Shown here one piece after another: positions 38,268 through 47,599 of a stretch of DNA of 64,000 nt (its first letter is position 1; every line of letters starts with the position of its first letter). The stretch lies in contig JACDOI010000006.1 of the NCBI GenBank assembly GCA_017656145.1, positions 400 through 64,399 on the forward strand, in the 5' to 3' direction. The notes beneath the pieces are model-generated. The model was given only the letters and a program-made list of their open reading frames with translations, did no database searches and was not told where the DNA came from. Both the position numbers and the translations under genes were made by a program. This DNA is from Bacillota bacterium. GTDB taxonomy: Bacteria > Bacillota > Limnochordia > Limnochordales > ZCTH02-B6.

Positions 38268-39249
38268 CGACCGGATCAAAGCATTGGTCTTTCTCGCGGT
38301 TCTCTACGGGTTGGTGATGGCTTCTCCGTCGTGGGCGATCCTCGGGGTGACGGTGGTGGACGAAGACCGGATCGTTCACGCCGAGGCGTTCCGGGGTACT
38401 GTGGAGAAAGCTCTGGACCAGTTGCAGGTACCCATCGACGCGGGCGACCGGATCCGCCCCGGCCCGGACGCGCCCCTTGCGCCCGGGATGACGGTGGCCA
38501 TCGAGCGGGCTGTGCCCGCCGTCATCGCTGTCGACGGCCATCAGCGGGTGCACCGGGCGCCGGCCCGGACCGTGGCCGAATTTCTGGCCGATGCGGGCGT
38601 GGAGCTCGGTCCCGACGACCGGGTCATCCCCTCGCCGGCAACGCCGGTGAAGCCCGACATGGTCATCCGGGTGATCCGCGTCCGGCACGAGGAGGCGGTA
38701 CGGCAGGTGCCCATCCCGTACGAAACGCGGCGGTGGGCCGAACCCCGCTGGGAAAAGGGGCGGGTCGGAGTGCTCCGGCCCGGCCGGCCGGGAGTCGAAC
38801 AGCAGAAGATCCGCTTAACGTACGAAGACGGCCTGCTGGTGCGCCAGGCGATAGTGGAGCGCACCGTCGTCGAGGAGCCCCGGGCGGAGATCATCGGCAT
38901 CGGCACCCGCATCGTCGTCCGCACCCTCGAAACGCCCTCGGGCCCCATTCGGTACACCGACGTCCTGGAGATGGACGCCACCGCCTACTACCCTGGTCCT
39001 GAGAGCACCGGCCGGTTCGCCGACGGGCGGACCGCGACGGGCCTTTTGGCCGGCCACGGCGTAGTGGCGGTGGATCCCTCGGTCATCCGCCTCGGCACCC
39101 GCGTCTACATCCCCGGATACGGCATTGCCATCGCGGGCGACACCGGATCGGCCATCCGGGGACGGAGAATCGACCTGGGGTTTGACACGTACCGGGAAGC
39201 GGTCCACTACGGCCGGCGGCGGGTGTTGGTGTACATCCTGGCGGACTGA
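38251..39249 (+). CDS. YabE-like cell-wall protein (DUF348, G5, 3D domains)
   Basis: TVAEFL...G..LGPDDRV.P, G5 segment, ATAY...TATG...VAVDPSVI.LG...A.DTGSAI.G.RIDL. Confidence 0.9.
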   Translation: MRALADDRIKALVFLAVLYGLVMASPSWAILGVTVVDEDRIVHAEAFRGTVEKALDQLQVPIDAGDRIRPGPDAPLAPGMTVAIERAVPAVIAVDGHQRVHRAPARTVAEFLADAGVELGPDDRVIPSPATPVKPDMVIRVIRVRHEEAVRQVPIPYETRRWAEPRWEKGRVGVLRPGRPGVEQQKIRLTYEDGLLVRQAIVERTVVEEPRAEIIGIGTRIVVRTLETPSGPIRYTDVLEMDATAYYPGPESTGRFADGRTATGLLAGHGVVAVDPSVIRLGTRVYIPGYGIAIAGDTGSAIRGRRIDLGFDTYREAVHYGRRRVLVYILAD

Positions 39250-39278
39250 CTCATCCTACCTTGCGGAGGGACTACCCG

Positions 39279-40229
39279 ATGGATGCAGGACGGCTGGCCA
39301 CCCCTTCCGGGGTGGCCGCCATTTTGGCCGCCTACGGCTTATCGCCCCGGAAGGGGTTGGGCCAGCATTTCCTCGTCGACCGGCATATCGTCGAGAAGAT
39401 CCTCGCCGCGGCCCAGCTCGGCCCCGAGGACACCGTTCTTGAGATCGGACCCGGACTGGGCGTACTCACCCAGGAAATGGCCGCCCGGGCAGGACGGGTC
39501 ATCGCGGTCGAGGTGGATGCCGGCCTCGTCCGCTGGCTAAACGACCTGTTCACGGGTTGTGATCGCGTCCGGATCGTCCACGGGGACGCCCGGACCGTCG
39601 ATCTCAAGGAGCTCTTGTCCCAACATCCACCCGGGCCCGGCGGCTCGGCCAAGGCGGTGGCCAACCTTCCCTACTACGTGACGACCCCGCTGCTGTTGCG
39701 CCTGCTGGAAGAGCCGCTGTCCCTGTCGATCATCGTCGTCATGGTGCAAAAAGAAGTGGCCCGGCGCCTGGCTGCCGCGCCCGGCGGAAAGGACTACGGG
39801 GCTTTGTCGGTTGCCGCCCAGCTCCGAGCCGAAATCGAACTGGTCTGCACCGTGCCAGCGAGGGTCTTTTTCCCGGCTCCGGACGTGGAGTCGGCAGTCG
39901 TGCGGCTGACGGTCCGGTCCACTCCCCAGCTAGGGAAAGATCCGCAGGTGCTATTCGCCCTCGTGCGGGCCGCCTTCGGCCAGCGGCGCAAAACGTTGCG
40001 CAACGCGTTGCGAAGGCCGGGTATGCCTTGGCCTGCCGCGGCCGTGCCCGCGGCCCTCGATGCGGCGGGCATCGATGGCGGCCGGCGGGGAGAAACGCTG
40101 AGCGCCGGCGAGTTCGTCCGGCTGGCCGACAGCCTGATCGCGGCCGACGACGCTTTGGCAAGGGACAACCGGGAATCCGCGGAACCCGGGAACCTGGCCA
40201 GCGGGCCGGTCCCGGGCGAGCGCCCCTAG
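39279..40229 (+). CDS. rsmA: 16S rRNA dimethyladenosine transferase
   Basis: KGLGQHFL, EIGPGLG, ANLPYYVTTP, MVQKEVA, F.QRRKTLRN. Confidence 0.97.
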   Translation: MDAGRLATPSGVAAILAAYGLSPRKGLGQHFLVDRHIVEKILAAAQLGPEDTVLEIGPGLGVLTQEMAARAGRVIAVEVDAGLVRWLNDLFTGCDRVRIVHGDARTVDLKELLSQHPPGPGGSAKAVANLPYYVTTPLLLRLLEEPLSLSIIVVMVQKEVARRLAAAPGGKDYGALSVAAQLRAEIELVCTVPARVFFPAPDVESAVVRLTVRSTPQLGKDPQVLFALVRAAFGQRRKTLRNALRRPGMPWPAAAVPAALDAAGIDGGRRGETLSAGEFVRLADSLIAADDALARDNRESAEPGNLASGPVPGERP

Positions 40230-40242
40230 CTGGGCTGCGTCG

Positions 40243-40271
40243 TTGTTCGCTCCTTTCGCAAATGATATAAT
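40243..40271 (+). promoter_or_regulatory. sigmaA promoter of YkuK-like gene
   Basis: TTGTTC-17 bp-TATAAT with extended -10 TG. Confidence 0.65.
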
Positions 40272-40295
40272 GTCTCGCGAAAGGTGGCGGCGGCG

Positions 40296-40766
40296 ATGGA
40301 ATTTATCAGCCCGTCGAAGGGCCGGCTGTCCTTCGACGAGGTGTTTGAGGACATGATGGCCTATGTCGATGAGGAGCCCGACGCCAAGTACAAGGTGATC
40401 ATCGGCTCGGACTCCCAGTTTGGCCCGGAAACGTGCTTCGTCACCGCGATCATCATCCACCGGGAAGGCAAGGGCGCCCGCTACTACTACACCCGAGAGC
40501 GGGAGCGGGTCGACCGATCGTTGCGCCAGCGCATCTATTACGAGACCGCCCGCAGCCTGGGCTTGGCCAGCCGCATCGCCGAGCGGATGGCCGAAAACGG
40601 CCATGCCGACATGAACGTCGAGATTCACCTGGATGTCGGCGAAAACGGCCGGACCCGGGAGCTCATCCGGGAAGTCGTGGGAATGGTGGTCGGCTCCGGG
40701 TTCGACGCCCGAATCAAGCCGAATTCGTACGGTGCCATGACGGTGGCCGACAAGTTCACCAAATGA
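40296..40766 (+). CDS. RNase H-like YkuK (DUF458) family protein
   Basis: IIGSDSQ, FVTAIIIHR.GKG, RIYYET..S, EIHLDVG.NG.T, ADKFTK. Confidence 0.92.
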   Translation: MEFISPSKGRLSFDEVFEDMMAYVDEEPDAKYKVIIGSDSQFGPETCFVTAIIIHREGKGARYYYTRERERVDRSLRQRIYYETARSLGLASRIAERMAENGHADMNVEIHLDVGENGRTRELIREVVGMVVGSGFDARIKPNSYGAMTVADKFTK

Positions 40767-40813
40767 TCGGGTGAGCTTGTCGCACCTCGTCCGCCCCCGG
40801 GCGCGCCTTGGGC

Positions 40814-40841
40814 GCACCGGTGCACGCCCGCGCCATAGTAT
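40814..40841 (+). promoter_or_regulatory. sigmaK-like promoter before amidase
   Basis: gcAC-16 bp-CATAGTAT matches AC-N16-CATANNNT. Confidence 0.45.
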
Positions 40842-40897
40842 GGGGTAGAGCCCGGGCCGGCAGGCCGGGGCTGCCTCGTTGTGAGGGGGCGGCATCT

Positions 40898-41758
40898 GTG
40901 CAAGCGACGATCCGGGTGTTTGTCAACGGCCGGGAGATGGAAAATCCGGAGGCGCCACCCGTACAGTGCAACGGGCGCCTTTATGTGCCGGCCCGCCAGT
41001 TGCTCCAGCGGCTCGGGGCCCGGGTGCGGGTGGAAACGGCCAGGGCTTGCGTCGCGGTGGACCCGCAAACGTCCAAAACGACCATCGTCGCGGGCCGCCG
41101 GGAGGGCCGCCATGGACCGCTGCTCGCTGCCGCCGAGCGGGTCGTCGAAGCCGCCGGCGGCCGCATGGATTGGGATGCGGAGCTTGGGGTGTTCATCGCC
41201 CAGCGGCGGGAAACGTGGGTTGCCAAACGGTCGCTGGCCATCGACGCAGGCCACGGGGGCCGGGACACCGGGTCCACTACGGCCGCCGGATTGGCTGAGA
41301 AAGACCTCAACCTGGCCATCGCTCATCGCCTTCAGAAACTCGTCCAAATGGCCGGCGGCCGGGCGGTGCTGACCCGCAGCCGCGACCACCATCGGGTCAT
41401 GGCCGAACGCCTCCGGCGGGTTCGCTCCCGCGGAGTCGACGCGCTCATCAGCATCCACCACAATTCCCATGCGGACACAAGCCTGAGCGGATGCGAAGCC
41501 TACTTTTTCGAGAGCGATGCCGGCCGCCGCCTGGCCTTTTGCCTGCAGGACGAGGTTGCCCAGGAACTGGGACTCCCGGACCGGGGAGTGCGGGAAGCCG
41601 GGTTTGACGAACTGCGCCACGGCGCAATCGGGGCCGTGTGCAAGCTGGCGTTCCTGTCGAATCCGAAGGACGCGGCGGTGGTGGCCTCCCCTTACTACCC
41701 GCTGCAGGCGGCGTTGGCGCTGTTTCGAGGATGGCGCCGGTTTTGCGAAGGGCTGTAG
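40898..41758 (+). CDS. N-acetylmuramoyl-L-alanine amidase (Amidase_3) with N-terminal copper-amine-oxidase-N-like domain; catalytic Glu apparently lost
   Basis: IDAGHGG.D.G, EKDLNL, LTRS.D, ISIHHN, K-L-A-F-L-S-N. Confidence 0.85.
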   Translation: MQATIRVFVNGREMENPEAPPVQCNGRLYVPARQLLQRLGARVRVETARACVAVDPQTSKTTIVAGRREGRHGPLLAAAERVVEAAGGRMDWDAELGVFIAQRRETWVAKRSLAIDAGHGGRDTGSTTAAGLAEKDLNLAIAHRLQKLVQMAGGRAVLTRSRDHHRVMAERLRRVRSRGVDALISIHHNSHADTSLSGCEAYFFESDAGRRLAFCLQDEVAQELGLPDRGVREAGFDELRHGAIGAVCKLAFLSNPKDAAVVASPYYPLQAALALFRGWRRFCEGL

Positions 41759-41798
41759 GCCCCCAACCGGGAGCGCGAAAGAAGGTCCCAACGGTATC

Positions 41799-41869
41799 TT
41801 GACAACGTCTCTCTGCCTTGCTATAATCATCTAATTTCCGTTGACACTATCCGGGAACCGTGGTAACAT
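41799..41869 (+). promoter_or_regulatory. Tandem sigmaA promoters of veg
   Basis: TTGACA-17 bp-TATAAT (41799-41827) and TTGACA-17 bp-TAACAT (41841-41869), both with extended -10 TG. Confidence 0.88.
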
Positions 41870-41904
41870 GAAATAGGTACACGGCGCGAGAGGGGTGATG
41901 ACCG

Positions 41905-42174
41905 TTGGCCGCAAACCGCAAGAGCCTCGACGAGATCAAGCGCGATCTCGATATGTACGTGGGCAGGCGGGTCAAGTTGCGGGCCAACCGCGGCCGCCGG
42001 AAGTTCATCGAGGCGGAAGGCATTTTGGAGCAGACGTACCCGAAGGTTTTCGTCGTCCGCCTCAACAAGCGCGGCGGGGTAACCAACCGGATGTCCTACT
42101 CGTACGCCGATGTGCTGACGTCCACCGTTGAAGTGACTGTGGACGACAAGCAGATCGGAGCGGCAAACATGTAA
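41905..42174 (+). CDS. veg: Veg protein
   Basis: VG.RVKL.AN.GRRK...EGILE.TYP.VFVV...SYSYADVLT.TVE. Confidence 0.96.
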   Translation: MAANRKSLDEIKRDLDMYVGRRVKLRANRGRRKFIEAEGILEQTYPKVFVVRLNKRGGVTNRMSYSYADVLTSTVEVTVDDKQIGAANM

Positions 42175-42232
42175 CGGTTCTCGGCAAACGATCCTTTGGG
42201 CCCCGCGGCCCAAAGGGCGCGGTGCAGGACAT

Positions 42233-42259
42233 GCCCAGGGATTTCCCTGGGCTTTTTTT
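42233..42259 (+). terminator. Intrinsic terminator after veg
   Basis: GCCCAGGG-ATTT-CCCTGGGC-TTTTTTT, preceded by a second hairpin at 42193-42216. Confidence 0.9.
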
Positions 42260-42355
42260 CTCTGCCCGCCGGACGGAGCAGGCTGAGCGGTCGCGCATAG
42301 GCTGAATCAAGCCGTCGCTGGCGGCCGGGACGGCGGGCAAGGGGGGAGACTCGTC

Positions 42356-43381
42356 ATGCCTTCGGAAAAAGCGGGTTGGGTGAACCGGCTGCGCGATCGG
42401 GTGCTCCCGTTGCCGAACGTGGTAGGGTGCGGGTGGGGAGAAAAGCGAACCCGGGGCCGGCCCACGGGCAAGCACGGGATGATCGTGTTTGTGAAACGCA
42501 AGGTTCCCGCCCAAAAGCTCAAAAAGGGCGAGCGGGTGCCCGCCGTTTTGGGGGCGTTGCCCACCGACGTGGTGGAAGTCGGCGAACTGCGGCTGTTGGC
42601 CGTGGAAACGCCCGTGCTGCGCACGATGAGGCTGCGGCCCGCACCGCCGGGGGTGAGCGTCGGACACCTTTTGGTGTCTGCGGGCACCCTGGGAGCGGTG
42701 GTGAAGGATGCCGCCACCGGCAGGACCCTCATCTTATCGAACAATCACGTCCTGGCCAACCAGACCGACGGCCAGGACGGGCGGGCTCAGGCCGGCGATG
42801 CGGTCCTGCAGCCGGGGTCGTACGACGGCGGCCGGGTGCCGCAGGACATCATCGGACGACTGGCGCGGTTTGTTCCCATCCGCCGCTGTGCCACCGAGCC
42901 CCGCTGCTCGGTTGCCCGTGCCGCGGAGCGGGTGCTGAACGCCGGAATGCGCTGGCTCGTTCCCAAGTACCGGATACGGTTTGCGCGCTTGGAAGAAGCG
43001 GACAACCTGGTGGACGCGGCGGTGGCCGAACCCGCGGCACCGGGAATCGTCAAGCCGTCAATTTTGGATTTAGGCCCGGTGCGGGGCGTAGCCGAAGCGG
43101 AAGTCGGAATGCGGGTAGAAAAAAGCGGCCGCACCAGCGGCGTCACCCGGGGAGAAGTCATTGCCCTCGGCGCCACGTTTACCGTGTCGTTGGGCGACTC
43201 GGTCGCAGCCCGGTTCAGCGACCAGATTGTCACGACCCCCATGGCCCAGCCCGGAGACAGCGGATCGCTGATCGTGGACGAGCGTCGCCGGGCGGTAGGG
43301 CTCCTGTTTGCCGGTTCGGAGCAAGCCACGCTGTGCAACCGGATTCAAAACGTTCTCGAACAGCTGGACATCCACTTCTGA
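42356..43381 (+). CDS. Trypsin-like (Nal1-type) serine protease
   Basis: AGTLG, ILSNNHVLAN (His), VDAAVA (Asp), PGDSGS (Ser), VGLLFAGS. Confidence 0.85.
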   Translation: MPSEKAGWVNRLRDRVLPLPNVVGCGWGEKRTRGRPTGKHGMIVFVKRKVPAQKLKKGERVPAVLGALPTDVVEVGELRLLAVETPVLRTMRLRPAPPGVSVGHLLVSAGTLGAVVKDAATGRTLILSNNHVLANQTDGQDGRAQAGDAVLQPGSYDGGRVPQDIIGRLARFVPIRRCATEPRCSVARAAERVLNAGMRWLVPKYRIRFARLEEADNLVDAAVAEPAAPGIVKPSILDLGPVRGVAEAEVGMRVEKSGRTSGVTRGEVIALGATFTVSLGDSVAARFSDQIVTTPMAQPGDSGSLIVDERRRAVGLLFAGSEQATLCNRIQNVLEQLDIHF

Positions 43382-43479
43382 AGCCAAGACCGCATCCGAA
43401 GTCCGCGCCCCGGTGTTTTGCGGCCCGAAGGTGACATAGACATCCGCGGAGATCCTCCACGGGAAAGGAGGGACGCGGC

Positions 43480-44862
43480 GTGGGCTGGCCGCGCCGGGGC
43501 CTCCTTTTGGGCAAGGCGCTTCGCCTGGGAAGCCGGGGAGAGGCCGTGGCCTGCCTGCAGGAGCGCCTGCGGGAGCTAGGCTACGATCCCGGGCCGGTCG
43601 ACGGCATTTACGGGTATCAGACCTTCGAGGCGGTGCAGGAGCTGCAGCGCGACTGCCGGCTGCGGATGGACGGGGTGGCAGGAAAGCAAGTGATGGCGGT
43701 GCTCCAGGACCCCCGCCTGCCGCTGGTGCGGCGCGCCTACACGCTGGCGCCGGGCGAATCGCTCAGCGACGCGGCCCGGGCTTTGGGCGTTCCGGTTCAC
43801 CGGTTGCGGCGGGCACTGTCCCTCCCCCGGCGAGCGGCGGTCCGGGGAGGGCAACGGGTCGTCGTTTGGGAGCGGCTGGTGGTGGCCGAGATCAAACCCG
43901 GGCAAGCCCGGGACCCGGGCTTGCGGGCCGCAGCCCGGCGGCTGCCGCTGCTCAGCGCGCTGGCCGAACTGGCCAGCGCGGAAGCACGCGTTGGAGAAAC
44001 GCCCGGCGGCCCGGATTTTCCCGAGCCGCCGGCCGAGCGCTCCGGCAGCTTGGAGGGCTTGCCGGTCTGGACGACGCTTCACACCCGAGATGGGAGCCTT
44101 GTGCCTGGCCTGTACGCGCCGGGAGCGGTCCAGCGCTTGCTCCACGTCCGTTCGGCCCGCCGAGCGTTTCTCGGAAGCATCCGGAAATGGGCTGCGCAAC
44201 CGGGCCCGGGGCCGTTGCACCTCGACCTTGGGGGCCTGCGGTGGGGCGACGGCGCGCGGTGGCTGGCCCTCGTGCGCGAGGCTGCGGCAGTGGTCCGGCG
44301 GGCCGGCGGGGATCTCGCGGTCTCGGTGCCGCTTGGGGCCGCGGCGGGGCCACTCCAGCGGCTGGCCAACGACATCGACATCCGGGCCGCGGCCGCCGCG
44401 GCCGCGTGGTTGATACTGGTCCCGCCCGCGATCGTCCCCGGGCCCGAATCGCCCCGGCCGCTTTCGTACGAGGAGCTGGCCAGCCGGATCCGGGCCGTCG
44501 TCCGGCAGGTGCCGCCGTGGAAGTGCCTTTTGGCCGTTCCCGTCTGCGCCCTGGTCGTGCCCGTGGGCGGCCGGGAACAGCCCACCGCTTTGTCGTACCA
44601 GCGGGCTGTCGGCCTGGCTTGCGCCGGCCGCATTCGGCCCGCGTGGAACGAGCAGGTCGGGCGGCCTTCTTTCCGGTACGTCAAGGACGACCGGGAATGG
44701 GCCGTCTGGCTCGAGAACCGGGCCAGCCTCGGGCGCAAGTTGGACCTGGTAGACGCGATGCACCTGGGCGGTGTGGTCGTCTCCGCTTTGGGCGAGGAAG
44801 ATGGTCGGGTGTGGACGGCGGTCGCGGAGCGCTGGAAAGTGCACAAACCGGGGGCGGAATGA
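43480..44862 (+). CDS. Peptidoglycan-binding + LysM-like + degenerate GH18 (YaaH/YdhD-like) spore protein
   Basis: LRLGSRG..V..LQ..L..LGY.PG.VDG.YG; C-terminal P.F.Y....VW.EN..SL..KL.L...LGGV....LG.ED...W. Confidence 0.78.
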   Translation: MGWPRRGLLLGKALRLGSRGEAVACLQERLRELGYDPGPVDGIYGYQTFEAVQELQRDCRLRMDGVAGKQVMAVLQDPRLPLVRRAYTLAPGESLSDAARALGVPVHRLRRALSLPRRAAVRGGQRVVVWERLVVAEIKPGQARDPGLRAAARRLPLLSALAELASAEARVGETPGGPDFPEPPAERSGSLEGLPVWTTLHTRDGSLVPGLYAPGAVQRLLHVRSARRAFLGSIRKWAAQPGPGPLHLDLGGLRWGDGARWLALVREAAAVVRRAGGDLAVSVPLGAAAGPLQRLANDIDIRAAAAAAAWLILVPPAIVPGPESPRPLSYEELASRIRAVVRQVPPWKCLLAVPVCALVVPVGGREQPTALSYQRAVGLACAGRIRPAWNEQVGRPSFRYVKDDREWAVWLENRASLGRKLDLVDAMHLGGVVVSALGEEDGRVWTAVAERWKVHKPGAE

Positions 44863-44928
44863 GGGCATGTTTCATTCCCGCCCGCAATATAGTGTCCCCA
44901 GGATGGTGCCTGCGAAGGGGGAGTTTCC

Positions 44929-46605
44929 GTGAACTTCAGGCTGGACCACAAGATGGTGCGGACCGAGCGGCCCATCGGCACCGCCTCCCAGCAGACGATC
45001 TTCGAAGGCTCCTTCGAGCTTCCGCCGAGCCTGCCCGACGTTGCGCGAATCGTCCGGGTAGAGGCCAGGCCCGCCGTTACCGACTGGGACGTGATGGAAA
45101 ACCAGCTGGCCGTCCAGGGCACAGTGGATCTGGTGCTCCTGTACGCCCACGACGAAGAAGTGCCGGCAGCTTCCAGGGACATCGAGGCCGAGTCGGGGCT
45201 GGCCGAAGACGACGACGCGGATCTGGCGCCGCCTCCGGCCGAGGTGCGGGAGGCCCTCTACCGGCACTGCTGGAGCCGCGCGGGCACGTTTGAGACGGTA
45301 CTGGATCTTGAGGGCCTTGAGCCGGCAGCGGCGGTCGACGTGTCGGCCCATCCGGAGCGGGTTGACGTCGAACTCCACCAGAGCGGGCGCCGGATTGAAG
45401 TGGAAGCGGTCGTGGATGTGACGGCCCGAGCCACCCTGCAACGGACCGCCGTCGCGCCCGTGAAAGCAGGGCCCCTGCCGGCCGAGGCGGCCGAGGAGGA
45501 AGCGCCGGTACCGGTAAAGCACGTGGCCGGGCGGGGCAGCGTCCGGCTGGCGGTGGAGGGCGTCCTGGCCCCGGCGGAGGACGCTGCCGTCGCCCGGATC
45601 GCGGATGTCGCCGCGGTTGCCCGCATCACCCGGGCAGAGGCGTCCGCGGGCCAAGTCACGGTCCAGGGCACCATCGATTACCGGGTGCTGTATTTGACAG
45701 CGAGCGGGGAGCTTGTGACAGCGGCGTTCGACGCCCAAACGCCGTATTCGTACACATTCGATATCCCGGAAGCCCGCGAAGGCATGACCGTTGAGGTCGA
45801 GGCGCGGGCTAGAAGCGTGGACGGCGCCCCGGCCGGGGACGGCCGGGAGATCCAGGCGTATGTGGACTTAAGCATCGCCGTCGAGGTTTCCAAAGTCGAG
45901 ACGCTGGCCCTTCTCACCGCCATTCGGGGTTCCGAAGGCCTGGAGGTGGATTACCGCACCGCACCGGTCGAGCTGGACCAGTGGATCGGCTCGGCCAGAC
46001 GGCACGTTTCCGCCGCAGGCACCCTGGAGCTGCCCGAAGGCCATCCGCCCATCGAGCGGGCGCTGAGCGCCTTTGGCCGGGCCCGGGTCGACGATGTCCT
46101 GGTGCTGGACGACAAGGTCGTCGTGGAAGGCCACGTGGACGTGGAAGCGCTCTACGCGGCCCGCACCGAGGGGCATCCGGTCCACGCGGCCACATGGAGT
46201 CAGGCGGTGCCCTTTGAGGCCGAGGTGGCCCTTCCGGGCGCGGAGCCGGGCGTGGACGCGGTGGCCGACGTGAACGTCGAGGGGGTGGAGCTGGATCTGC
46301 TGAACCGGGAAACGGTGGAAGCCGCGGTGCACCTCGCCGTCACCGTCTGGGCGGTGCGCCCCGCCGCCTGGGAGGCGGTCGTCGAGGCGGTGGCGGTCCC
46401 GCCGCCGGATCCCGACCCGCCCACGTGGACGTTCGTCGTGATCCAGGAAGGCGACACCGTCTGGAAGTTGAGCCGCCGTTACCACGCGGATCCGGAGCAG
46501 ATCGTCGGGGCGAACCCGTGGATCGCTGACAGCGAGGCGCCGCTTGTGGTGGGCCGCAAGCTGTGCATCCCGCGGCGCCGGCCCGCTGAGGCCATCAGCC
46601 CCTGA
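44929..46605 (+). CDS. SPOCS (DUF3794) x3 + LysM spore coat morphogenetic protein (SipL/SpoVID-like)
   Basis: Three PDV.RI...V.G.V...LY repeats; C-terminal VIQEGDTVWKLSRRY...I..AN...L.VG.KL.IP. Confidence 0.88.
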   Translation: MNFRLDHKMVRTERPIGTASQQTIFEGSFELPPSLPDVARIVRVEARPAVTDWDVMENQLAVQGTVDLVLLYAHDEEVPAASRDIEAESGLAEDDDADLAPPPAEVREALYRHCWSRAGTFETVLDLEGLEPAAAVDVSAHPERVDVELHQSGRRIEVEAVVDVTARATLQRTAVAPVKAGPLPAEAAEEEAPVPVKHVAGRGSVRLAVEGVLAPAEDAAVARIADVAAVARITRAEASAGQVTVQGTIDYRVLYLTASGELVTAAFDAQTPYSYTFDIPEAREGMTVEVEARARSVDGAPAGDGREIQAYVDLSIAVEVSKVETLALLTAIRGSEGLEVDYRTAPVELDQWIGSARRHVSAAGTLELPEGHPPIERALSAFGRARVDDVLVLDDKVVVEGHVDVEALYAARTEGHPVHAATWSQAVPFEAEVALPGAEPGVDAVADVNVEGVELDLLNRETVEAAVHLAVTVWAVRPAAWEAVVEAVAVPPPDPDPPTWTFVVIQEGDTVWKLSRRYHADPEQIVGANPWIADSEAPLVVGRKLCIPRRRPAEAISP

Positions 46606-47599
46606 ACCCGGGATACGAGGCGTACCAGCCTTCCGGGGCGTCCGCCGCCGAGATTTGATGGGAAGGCCGCTCCCACCACGGACGGCCGTACCGGGAGGCC
46701 ACATCGACCAGCTCCCGGAGGCGCCGGGGCATCTCGCCGGTGAGAAAAGCCTGGCGGGCCGGTTCGTCGGTCATCTCGACCGCTTCGCGCCAGATGGCCC
46801 TTCCCGCGACGAAGCCGGAGGCGCCTGCCCGGCAGGCGGCTTCCAGCTGCCGGCGGTAGGTGGCAAAGTCGACGCCGGCGGAAAGCAGCGCCCACGGCAC
46901 CCGGCAGGCTTCATCAAGCCTTAGGCACGCGTCGCGCCAAAGGCCCGGGTCGTCGCCCGCAGTCGGGTGCAGGGGAAATTCCATCTTGAGCAAATCGACG
47001 GCGAACTCGCTCATGTGGCGGGCGGTTTCAACCACAAGGTCCGCCTTTTCCCGCCGGAAGCCGTCCTCGTCCCCGTCCCGCGACGGGTAGACCACCGGTT
47101 CCACCATGAGGGGGATATCGTACTCGTGGCACTCCCGGGCTACTTGCTCCACCACCTGTCGCTGGTGGGCGGCCGCGGCCTCCCGGCGGGGATTGTAGTA
47201 GATCAACAGCTTGACTGCGGAAGCGCCCATGGCCTTGATCTTGGACACGCTCCAATCGGTCAAAAGGCGGGTCAGGCGGTCGCCGTTCCGCTCTTCATAG
47301 CCGGTTTCCTCAAGAGCCACCACAAGGCCGACCCGGCCGGGCAGCACCCGCCGGGCCAAAAGCTGTGCCGCGCTGTATTCGGGATCCAAGAGAACGCCGC
47401 TCGAGTAGGGCGCGAGGGGGCCGACAATCTCCTCCTTCATCCGGACGACGGCTTCGAAATCCGCCGGAACCCGCCCGGCTTTCTCCATCATCCGCCTGAG
47501 GGCGCCCCGCTGGTCGCAAGCGAGAATCGCAAATATGCCGCCGTCAGTCGACACCTGCGCAAGGCCCCGCAGCTTGCCCATGGAAACCGTCATGGCCAT
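46595..47599 (-). CDS. lacD: Tagatose-1,6-bisphosphate aldolase (class I, LacD family)
   Basis: LACDQRGALRRM, VLLDPEY, LEETGY, AVKLLIYY, LLKMEFP, LSAGV, GFVAGRAIW. Confidence 0.88.
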   Translation of the reverse strand: MAMTVSMGKLRGLAQVSTDGGIFAILACDQRGALRRMMEKAGRVPADFEAVVRMKEEIVGPLAPYSSGVLLDPEYSAAQLLARRVLPGRVGLVVALEETGYEERNGDRLTRLLTDWSVSKIKAMGASAVKLLIYYNPRREAAAAHQRQVVEQVARECHEYDIPLMVEPVVYPSRDGDEDGFRREKADLVVETARHMSEFAVDLLKMEFPLHPTAGDDPGLWRDACLRLDEACRVPWALLSAGVDFATYRRQLEAACRAGASGFVAGRAIWREAVEMTDEPARQAFLTGEMPRRLRELVDVASRYGRPWWERPSHQISAADAPEGWYASYPGFRG

